DNA of 63,151 nt, counting the filler, from Dugesia japonica (taxonomy: Eukaryota), in NCBI GenBank assembly GCA_001938525.1. It is 6 parts of 6 records of this genome, joined end to end, with 100 filler letters (N's around TTAATTAATTAA, not from the genome) between each part and the next. Parts side by side here need not be neighbours in the genome. Positions count along the whole stretch, not along the records: positions 43,661 to 54,095 come from MQRL01646972.1; positions 54,196 to 63,151 come from MQRL01633969.1; 4 more parts are not named here. One strand, written 5' to 3'. Shown one piece after another: positions 53,301 through 63,151 of the stretch. Every line of letters begins with the position of its first letter. Position 1 is the first letter of the stretch. A program made the translations under genes and the position numbers. Below the pieces are notes generated by a model. It saw only the letters and a list, made by a program, of their open reading frames with translations, searched no databases and was not told the origin of the DNA.

Positions 53301-53930
53301 CTGGAAGAGAAAGAGTCATTGCTTACAGTTCAAAAAGTAGTTTAAACATGAAGTTGAATATTGCATTACTAGAAAAGAATTACTTTCAGTATTTCACTTT
53401 ACTTAACACTTTAAGTATTATTTATACGGAAAACAATTTGTATTGCGAACAGATAACTTTTATGTTAACAACAAGAAAACATATTACAGCTCAATTTCGA
53501 AATTAGATAAAAAAAAGTATACAGGAAAAAAGTATACTATAGTATATTTGCAATTATCGATCAGTTTAGAAAACATATTTTACTAAAAGCAGTAAAAAAT
53601 CAAGATGATAAAACGTTAATAAAGATTTTAAGAGAATGCTGGTTACTGAAGTTTGGCTTACCAAGATCGATTTATGTTTACCGTGGAAGATGTTTTTTAT
53701 CCTCATATTACAAAGATTTGGCAAAAAAAATTAATTTTAAAATAGAATATTTTAGTCTATACCACCATCAAGCAAACGGTCAAGTAGAACACAATTTCGG
53801 ACGATTACGGATTATATATTGCTGGGTTGAAGATAAATTATTGAAAAATTCGGAAGAATGTTTACCTCAAATAGAATTTACAGTGAATTCGACAATTTAT
53901 ATCCAAAAAAAATTGAATTTAATCAAATAA
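50322..53930 (+). mobile_element. Degenerate Ty3/Gypsy element: LTR-like region, PBS, gag with zinc knuckles, PR, RT, RH, partial IN
   Basis: PBS at 50577; CYECQEFGH and CTTCQSRGH; FDTGA; SPWNS; NLDD; NTDAG; YHHQANGQVE. The LTR start is approximate. Confidence 0.85.
50577..50587 (+). promoter_or_regulatory. Primer binding site TGGCGACCACG (complementary to the 3' end of a tRNA-Arg type)
   Basis: TGG start immediately upstream of gag; sequence recalled as matching tRNA-Arg(TCG/CCG) 3' ends. Confidence 0.6.
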
Positions 53931-54095
53931 ATTTAATTTTAATTGTTATTTCAAAGTTTATAATCAGAATTTATTGAACTATTGATCCTGAAGAAGGCAT
54001 AGCCGAAATATTGGAAAAAATGAAAAAAAGAACAACAACAATTCTGATCTTTTGCTTTTAAAACATTTTATTTTAAATAAAATTGTTTATTCAGT
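53930..54095 (+). mobile_element. Penelope pseudo-LTR with hammerhead motif at 53988-54012
   Basis: CTGAAGAAGGCATAGCCGAAATATT; the whole block is the reverse complement homolog of 41385-41560. Confidence 0.7.
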
Positions 54096-54195
54096 NNNNN
54101 NNNNNNNNNNNNNNNNNNNNNNNNNNNNNNNNNNNNNNNTTAATTAATTAANNNNNNNNNNNNNNNNNNNNNNNNNNNNNNNNNNNNNNNNNNNN
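54096..54195. other. Artificial contig spacer
   Basis: 44 N + TTAATTAATTAA + 44 N. Confidence 0.95.
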
Positions 54196-54384
54196 CCCAG
54201 CTTTCGACGTATAAGTTAAAAGCTTTTTAGCCGAATTACAAATTCTTAGATTCATTCTCTTTTTCAAATAGTATTTTCAAATACTTGTCACTTTTAACCT
54301 TGAATTTATATTGTTTACATATTCGAAAGCTTATTTTCTTGCGTTACTTTGCTTCAAAATCTATTTCTTCAAGGGGTAGTCATA

Positions 54385-55125
54385 AACCCGCAATTTAAAT
54401 GTAAAATACTTGGTTCTATTCAAAAATCCTAGAGATCAAACTGCTGTTGATTTTCTAGCAAGACAAAAATATCCAAATAACAAACAATTTCTGATTGAAT
54501 CATTTAAAGATACAACAGAAAATTCACACGGATATTTATTTCTTGACTTTACACAACAATGTCCAGATGACTGTAGAGTGACAAAAGACATATTCAATAC
54601 AAATGGTATCACAGTATATAAACAAAATAGGTAATTTTCTTAATATTCTAAAAATGACAAAATTAAAGAAATTTGTAGTTGATCAAGTAACTGATGATGT
54701 TGTGAAACGCCAAAAAATATCTTTTATGAAGAAAATATATCAAAAAAAGAGAAAACAGTCGCATAAGAAACATAAGAAAAAACGAGTAAATAAAAGAAAG
54801 CAAATGCATATGTTTAAAAACTTACAAAAAGGAGTGAAAAGAAACTAAGATTGATGAACAGAAAATAGATATTATTGTAAACAAATAAATGGTATGTATT
54901 ATTTTACTAAATAAAGATTAAATTAAAGAAGTATTCCGTTTTTTACCACATTAATTAAATCATCAAAACCTTTTAGAATGAGAATTTTGCAATCATTCCC
55001 ACCATATATTAAAGATGATTTACTTGAAATTATTATAAATATTGTTCGTGATAATGTAGAATTGAGTGGGACCAAAAGGAAAGCATTGAAAAAACATAAA
55101 AACGAATATCAGCGCTTGTAAATAC
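54385..55125 (+). pseudogene. Polinton ATPase C-terminus (to 54634), basic ORF (54654-54848) and core-like gene fragment
   Basis: RNLNVKYLVLFKNPRD...HGYLFLDFTQQCPDD; syntenic with 25320-26220. Confidence 0.8.
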
Positions 55126-56549
55126 AATAATTTCTCCATATTTAGCATTAAAAAGCTTGTCGAACAGTTATTTTGTTTAGCTATCTAAAATCTAAACACA
55201 ATTAAATATATTTTTTACCTTTCTTCCATACACTCACGAATGGTGTATTCCTCGGTGATTTATCCCCAATTTTAATTGAAACAGCATCTGAGTGGATAAC
55301 AGTGACCATCGAGGGAACTGACACCACCTCTTGGTGAATTGAAACACCACCCATTGTTTGGATTCATCTTCACTAAATACGAATGCAATACCTACAGATA
55401 CGTTGGAAAAATCAAATTTTTGATTGATCCACGACTATGAATAAGGCCTACAGACCATAGAACAGCGGGTCCTCAAACTCGTTAAGAAAAATGAGATATG
55501 AGACAGTTCCCTCATCTTTTCTCGTTTGAGCCATTTTGGAGCTCTCACAAGACATTTCCTAATAGTTCCATCTCAAAGATAATATACAACAAAAAAAAAT
55601 CATAATAATAATTAAGAAGATGATCATGGCCTAGTGAATGTCACTATCATCTAATGGTGAAATAGTTGGTAATGTTTAAGTAATAAATTATCAATTACAA
55701 AGTAGGTGAACAAGATATTTAAAACCTTCACTAAAATTATATATTTGATTTTTGAATTCATTAAAATCTAAATAACTTCCCTTTACTACATGAACTATTA
55801 ATTATAAATTTCTAATTAATAAGGGAAAATTTCGTTAAATCATAAAAAAAATGCAAAAACAATATTTTTTGCCAAGATACTAAATTAAACCAGACTGCAT
55901 GAACCGATAAAATAATCAAATAATAGAAAATGTCATAGGAAAAACAAAAATATTTCATGTGATAACCGAACTCCCGTTTAACTACACATCTTGTTTCTCA
56001 TAATATTCTGTACAGCAAATCATCATTTCTCAGTCCCCTCATTTCATCCATAAAACACTTACTTCTTGTTTCACCATTTGATCCCATTTTATTGTAACGA
56101 ACTAAATTTTTCGCAATTCCTTTTTATTTTCTCAGTAGAAACACGGAATCGTTGTTTTGCAATTCATTCTCTTTTTTTCTCAATAATATTTAGCATATTT
56201 GTCTATTGGTAGCCCGCTCGTCGCCTTTCTGTGGAAGATACTTAGATTATAATTGTTAAATCATAATAATAAACAAAACAAAATTTATCAATTTACTTTG
56301 CAGTTTATCCTTCAGGTCCATTTGTCCAAATAGCAATTTTACTGCACAAATTAGTGAGTTCATATGCATTGGCCAATGAGAAAAAAGAAGGTATACTAAA
56401 ATTTAGTGTAAATATCGTTCAATTTTGGACATCAAATCATCATAAATTTTTAACCAAAATTAGCAATTAGAATTATCAACTGAAATTTTTAAAGAGTAAA
56501 AATTTAATTGATTTTTTATTTTTATTTTCAACCACGGTTTCCGACTTGG

Positions 56550-58370
56550 CAGCACCATCAGTTAGAAAAAATCAAATTAAATAGTTGGCATAGCAACCAA
56601 AAATAAAGTATAAGATTAGTAATCGGATGGTAGTGGCACATAAGTGCATGAATAGTAGACAATTTCTGGTGTACTGAATTCATGTATGCATGATAAATCA
56701 ATTAATCACAGAAAATAAATGGTTACGCATGAGTGCACAGAAGATAAATAGTTGTATACAAGTACACAGAAGATATATAGTTGCGCATGAATGCATCAAA
56801 GAAAAGCATTGGTTGCCAGTTAGATATAATGCAATCAAATCGGCGTAACAACTAAAAAGCAATCAGGTGCTTGCTCCGGACCATCGATGGCTCATGTAAG
56901 TCTTTGTTTAATTTATGTATTCTACGGTTTAATAATTAATAGAATTTTAATAATGATAATAAAGCTTTCTGTAATCAAATTTCTTTTGTAAAGGGATAGG
57001 TAATTTATTTAAAAGTTACATAATGGTAAATAGGTTTTCATTGAGTAATGATAGTAATTAAAATTTCCCATAAATGATTTATTATAGTAATATTTAATTA
57101 ATGTTTTACATTTATAATGTCTTATCATGATAATTTGTAACTATAATACAAAGATATATGTGATATGTGTTTTAATAATATTAATCAATGTGTGTAGATT
57201 TGTAATAAATTTTAGTAACTTTAAGTTTCGTTCTTCAATTACAATAACATGGCATCACGATCATTGCTGGAACTTATCAACTGGTTAAATGACAAAAGAT
57301 GTTTTCGAAGAAATTTACAATTGGAGAAAATATTTAAAATCATATTACCGAATTCGAAAAATTCGCAAAAGAACACAATGCTCAGAGAAGTTATTGAAAA
57401 GTTTAGAAGAAGATGCATTTTTTGAACTAAAATCAATTCCAGAGTTTAAATCGAATAAATTGAATTATGAATGGCTGAATACAAAGTTATTTGAATTATA
57501 TCAAATCAAGTCAACCAAGGTAACTCCAATAATTAATATTTTATCCTTGAAGCAGGAAAATATGACTCTTATACAGTATTTAACTGCTATAAGAGTTGCT
57601 GGAATTTGAAAATGCCAGATTATAATAAATTTGATAGAGAAAAGACTCTCTTATCAATATTTTTGAAAGGGGTTAATAATCGTTTGGCAGCCAGAGCCAC
57701 GGAAATTATGAAACCAAACACTCTGATAGAAGCTTTTAATTAAATGAAAAAGAAAGATAAAAGTCGACATAATGATAAATTGCGAATTATTAGCAATAAT
57801 GTTAATACAGAAAAATGGAAAGAAATGAAAATTTTAAAACATAGAATAATTGAGCTTGAAAATCGAATAAAATATTTGGAAAGAAACCATAAAACAGATT
57901 CTCCAAAGTATGCAGTTTAAAAGTTCAAACAAGAAATAAAATGTTATAATAGCAATGGGAAAGGTCATATTACTCGAAATTGTAAAAAACCATTGCTATG
58001 CAGGAACTGCAACAAATCCGGACATATATCTTGATTTTGTCAAGCCGCAAAAAGATCTAATATTCAGAAAGAAGCTTTACAAAGGCTAGAAGAAACGAAT
58101 GACGATTCGAATATTGAATATGATGAAGCCACTTGTGATTATGAAAAGAAATTTGAAGATAATAATGAATTTTTCAAAATTGTTTTGAAAGAAAGGAAAG
58201 ACAAAAGGAAACAAAAAGAAATATCAATTACCCAGACTATATTATTAAGTTGGATGAAAATATTGGAGTTTCAAGAAACAAATTTCCAATTCAAAAAGGA
58301 TAAAGAACAATGATATCAGTTACAAAAAGGGAACCCGCAGCAAATAAACAAGTAATCAAATACAATAACC
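56550..58370 (+). mobile_element. LTR retrotransposon 5' part: LTR ending ..TAACA (57249), PBS TGGCATCACG, decayed gag with two CCHC knuckles
   Basis: LKQENMTLIQYL, IFLKG, CYNSNGKGHITRNC, CRNCNKSGHIS*FC. The LTR start is uncertain. Confidence 0.65.
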
Positions 58371-58476
58371 ACTAAAATATGAAGGGGAAAAAAGCCATAA
58401 AATAATTACCTAATCGACTATTATTTTTAATAATAAATTATTATTTTTACTATTAAAATTTTCAACATTATTTACA

Positions 58477-58611
58477 TTAACCTTTACAACTCGAGCGTTC
58501 CGAAAAATTCAAATCTATCTGGACACAGGAAATTATCAATCTATATATAATTTTTTTACGTCTATGTGTATGCGTGTGAATTTGTCACAACGCTCGAGTT
58601 ATAAAGGTTAA
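58477..58611. mobile_element. piggyBac-type MITE (127 bp) with TTAA target duplication
   Basis: TTAA-CCTTTACAACTCGAGCGTT ... AACGCTCGAGTTATAAAGG-TTAA; 19-bp TIRs with one mismatch. Confidence 0.85.
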
Positions 58612-59334
58612 TATAAATTTTAATTTTTAGAAATGTTAATAGTTAAAATACAAAAATATTTCTATAAGAATAAAAACTTCAGTAAAATTAAATGTTGTTT
58701 AAATTTTTTTTACTTGACAAATGCGCATAAAATTAGAAATAATTCGGTAAAACTTTCAATATTCCTGTTAAAATAACAAAACTTGTATCACTTTAAATAC
58801 ATTTTTTGTAAATTGTCAAAATTAAAATATTCCCAACATTATTATTTTGAGAATGGATTGAGACATTTAAATTTTTTGATAGTTCGATTGTAGTTCTTAA
58901 CGTAAATAATTAAATAAATAATTAAATTACCTTTGTTAAATGAGTTTGGAGAACTCATCTAATCAGTAATTTCAAAACTCGATTCCATTGCAAAATTTAT
59001 TCACAAACAAAATTATGACCAACACTATTTGTTTATTCAAACTAATTAAAATACATGTTTTATTTTCAAGTTTTCTTTTCTTAAAACTCATATGAGGTTA
59101 TTTAAAATTTTCATTCAAACTTAAAACAAATTTTACCTTATTATTTACAAGTAATTTGAAATTTAACAAAATACACATTTGTCATATAGATTTTTCATGC
59201 ACAATTAAAAGATTTTTAAATAAAATATTTTAAGAAAAACGATCACCAGTCACAAAAATTTCAACTCGCTTTACAAAATATACTAACAACCTTTATAAAT
59301 TATATGTAGAAAATTTAAAAAAATTAAAAATTAA

Positions 59335-62300
59335 TAATTAAATTGAAATTAATGACTTAATTTAATTAATTAGAATAAATAAATGTATTAATTTTTTTAA
59401 ATTTAATAAATTAGATGAATTAATTATAGACAAATAAATAATTTAGTGTATTTGTTGAAAAAAAGATAATTTAATATGATTTTCATTTTTATTTAAATAT
59501 AAAATTATATATAATTTGAATATATAATTTAAAATCTTTTGAATATTTGAATATTGAATATTTGGAAATAATGATATTTTAAAAATTGAAATTTTCTAAA
59601 CGTTTTGAGTTAATTACTAATTTTTAAATAATCAATTTCAATCAGATTTGATAAATATTTAACTTTTTTTAATTTGGTAAAAAAAAATTGTTTTCTTTTT
59701 TTGTGTTTGCATTCTTTGATAATAAATTTGGAAATGGAAACTGTTAGTATTTTGAATTCAATAATGATTGTCGCAAATTCACCTATCATCGTTATAACTC
59801 GTTTTTTTTAATACAGGAATGTGCAATCATTAATCATTTAGAACTGTGTCTCGCAAACTTTTTTAGTCTGCAGCACACCAAATTTCTTTTTTTATTCATT
59901 CTGTTTTAAATACTTGTCATTCTAAAGATTATACAAGGTATATTACCAAAGAAATTCTAGAATTCTTTTAGATTCTAGAAAAAAATTTATATTTTGATGT
60001 GCCGCAGACTAAAAAAGTTTGCGAGACACAGCTCTAGATTCTACATTCTAGAATTTTATTAAAATTTAACATCTCTTGCGGCACACTTGAATTTCATCGT
60101 GGCACACAGTTTGCGAGACACTGATTTAGATACACTAAATCAGACATGCGTGAACCTTTGCTTATTTTTGCGTATTATGTCATAATTTTGATATCTCTAG
60201 TGTAAAGAGATTTATTTTGTTTTATTTTTCAAAGATAAAATAATGTTTCGATTTATTCAAATCTTGCAAAAAAAGAATTAAATTTAGAATAAATTACTTT
60301 AGTATATTTTGAATTATTGAAGCTTAAACCCAAAACATTATTGTTATTTTAAACATTTTTGTTTCTTGTAGCTCCAGTACGCCAATGAGTTGCACAGTTT
60401 TTTTTTGAAATCACATATACATACATACAGTGGCATATAAAGATTATTATTTAATCGGCAATTCCATATTACGTCACACGCGTAATAATTCCAATTAAAT
60501 TCATTGGTTACGTAATCGGATAGAAATTTAATTTGTTGCTTAGTGGAATTAATTAATTTTTTATTGAAATTTTCGGGTGAACATCCCAATTTTTTTAATT
60601 TTTCAAAATTAATATTTATGCTCATATTTCAACAATTTTATACCAATCTGTATGATGAGGTTAATTTTCGGATTTTTCAATATTTAACATAGATTGTTTC
60701 GAAAAATTGAAAATTTCTCAAACTTGATCATCAATTTAATCTATTTGATAGAACATTTTACGCTGATCAAGAATATCGTCACTTAAAATAGCCAAAATTT
60801 ATAGGGAAAATCAATAAAACAAGTGTGAAATAAATGATCCATCGCAGGATTTGATAATCAATCTGTCTATTTGATAGAAACGTTTTTACTCATTACGAAT
60901 AGCATTATTAAAATCGTCTAACATTTTAACTGAAGAAATAAATTTAAAAAACTAGTATTTAATATTGGTAGCTCTGTGAAGAATATTAACATATTAAAGT
61001 AATTAATCAAAATAATATACATTAAAATATACACAAAGTTAGATAAAACCAACTTATTTTACCAAAAATTCTAATACATTCATTTTAATTGGATTAATTT
61101 TAATTTGAAATAATTTTAATTAGATTCTCCTAGAATAAATCACTAGTTTTACTGTATCAACAACATTTTATAATACACAAATGTTTTAAAATCATTTTTA
61201 AACGTTTTGTTTTACTCATTATGAGCATTCATTGCAATTGTCTAAATACACCAAAAGCCGATATTATTTATTTATAAATACAAAGGAGTTTTTATTTTCA
61301 TTTATTACTCGATTATATCTTAGTTTTGACTGATATCATTGGTTGTTTTTTATTAACAAATTAAAACAAGTTAAATATTTATCAAATCTCATTGAAATTG
61401 ATTATTTAAAAATTATTTAATAACTAAAAACGTTTAGAAAATTTCAATTTTTAAGCAATTATTAAATTTGTATTATTATTCTAAAATTTTAATTAAATCA
61501 TTTCAAAGATTTTAATTTATTTATTCAAATTATTTATAATATTATTTTAATACTAATGAAATTCACTGAGATATATGAATATTTAAATATATCAAAATTT
61601 AAATTATTTAATATTTAAAATTAAATATTCCAAATATTATAGATTTCGCCAGCCTCCTATAAAATTTATCGATTTGAGGTGATGATAATCTTGATCAGCA
61701 TAAACGCCTCTATCGAATAGATTCTTTGATGATCAAATTTGAGATAATTTTAATTTTTCGAAAAAGCCTGAAACATTTAAAAATAAAAAATGATCTCCGT
61801 CCAATTCTCAACAGATTGGTATAAAAACTTTTGAAATCTGAGCAAAAATATTATTTTTGAAAAATTAAAATAATTTTTTTGGACTGTTCATTCGGATTCA
61901 CATAAATATTAGAAGACATTAGACAATTATTATTTATAATTGCTAGGTGAATTGGCTACAATCCTTGTTAAATTCAAAATACCAACAGTTTCTATTTCCA
62001 AATTTATTATAAAAGAATACGAACACAAAAAAAGAAAACAAATTTTATTTTAACCCAATTAAAAAAAGTTAAATATTTATCAAATCTGATTGAAATTGAT
62101 TATTTAATAATTATTTAATAACTTAAAACGTTTAGAAAATTTCAATTTTTAAAATATTATGATTATTTCAAATATTCAAAAGATTTAAAATTATATATTC
62201 AAATTATATATAATGTTATATTTAAATAAAATCATATTAAATTATCTTTTTTTCAACAAATACACTAAATTATTTATTTAAGCGTTTATTTATCTATAAT

Positions 62301-62385
62301 TAATTCACCTAATTTATTAAATTTAAAAAAAATTAATACATTTATTTATTTTAATTAATTAAATTAAGTCATTAATTTCAATTTA
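59335..62385. mobile_element. Non-coding foldback element with long inverted arms
   Basis: 59335-59760 is a near-perfect reverse complement of 61970-62385; about 60560-60790 is a looser reverse complement of 61670-61900. Confidence 0.75.
59840..60123. mobile_element. Small hAT-like MITE/palindrome nested in the foldback
   Basis: CTGTGTCTCGCAAACTTTTTTAGTCTGC / GCAGACTAAAAAAGTTTGCGAGACACAG, plus a second end GTTTGCGAGACACTG. Confidence 0.6.
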
Positions 62386-62389
62386 TTAA

Positions 62390-62960
62390 GTGGTTAGGTG
62401 GACACCAGACCAGGATGTTTACATTATCCTAGGTGTGAATTTCCACGCCTTAATGTAAACTATGAAATTGACACCTTAGGTGTGAACTTTCACACCTTAA
62501 TGTAAACAATGGTTATTGATACTCAAGGTGTGAATTTTCACACCTTTTAAATAAACCAACGTAGGTGTGAAATTTCACACTTCAGTTGACCTCAAATAAT
62601 TTTTTTGTTTTAATTAACATGAAAAAATTTCATACATTATTTATTTTATTAAAAAATTAAAAGTGTGGTGGATTGAGCATTAAAAAATTCAAATTNNNNN
62701 NNNNNNNNNNNNNNNNNNNNNNNNNNNNNNNNNNNNNNNNNNNNNTGAGCATTAAAAAATTCAAATTAATTTTTTTATTGTTTTAATTAACATGGAAAAT
62801 TTAACACCTTATTAATATTATAATAAAAATTAAAAGCGTTGCGCATTGAACATTATAAAATTCAAATTAATTTTTTTGTTTTAATTAACATGAAAAATTT
62901 CACACCTTATTATTTTTATATTAAAAATTAAAAGCATGACGCATTGAGCTTTATAAAATA
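62390..62960. repeat. Tandem hairpin repeats (GGTGTGAA..TTCACACC, about 47 bp) followed by units of about 125 bp
   Basis: Four to five hairpin copies at 62395-62582; TTAATTAACATG.AAAA units at about 62610, 62783 and 62881. Confidence 0.7.
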
Positions 62961-62996
62961 CATTATTCTTATTCTTATTAATATTATTATTATTAT

Positions 62997-63151
62997 AGTA
63001 GATAGATAGTAGCGGTCATAGCCAGCACACATTCAGCAAGCCCCCCGCCCCCTTTACGTAATCAAATTTAATAGGACTAAGTGGCTATACATTTTCCTGA
63101 GTATTTAGTTGGGAAAATATTTTGCACACAAATTATGTCATCAGATTAATT
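62997..63151 (+). mobile_element. Probable Polinton-type terminus (AGTAGATAGATAGTAGCGG...)
   Basis: Begins abruptly after an AT-rich flank; homologous to 4741-4890. Confidence 0.6.

Noticed and set aside
11587-54195. Five TTAATTAATTAA palindromes within N runs, and apparent synteny across them
   Set aside because: Identical 44N-12-44N structure shows they are artificial joins; no linkage can be inferred across them.
55215-56340. Moderately GC-richer patches with possible exon borders
   Set aside because: No consistent open frame or recognisable motif; cannot support a call.

Overview
Very AT-rich eukaryotic (metazoan) draft-assembly DNA. Short introns and the TE repertoire resemble triclad flatworms, but that is inference. 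The window is not one locus: six contigs are joined by artificial 100-nt spacers (44 N + TTAATTAATTAA + 44 N). It is mostly decayed mobile DNA: (i) many Polinton/Maverick (adintovirus-like) fragments (major capsid x2, penton, integrase-chromodomain, pPolB fragment, packaging ATPase x2, small core-protein genes, AGTAG-type termini); (ii) several Ty3/Gypsy relics; (iii) at least seven mariner relics plus a Tc1 fragment; (iv) Penelope-like remnants with minimal hammerhead-ribozyme motifs; (v) MITEs, a 3-kb foldback and satellites. Host genes are partial MTCH-like and HIRA-like genes and an intron-containing pseudokinase. The most striking object is a Gypsy element at 33077-38553. In it a chuvirus/herpes-gB-like (class III) fusion glycoprotein lies upstream of, and in frame with, PR-(dUTPase-like)-RT-RH-IN, and the integrase runs on into a signal-peptide-like stretch and an FN3-like domain. 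All assignments come from motif recognition by eye; no database search was run.
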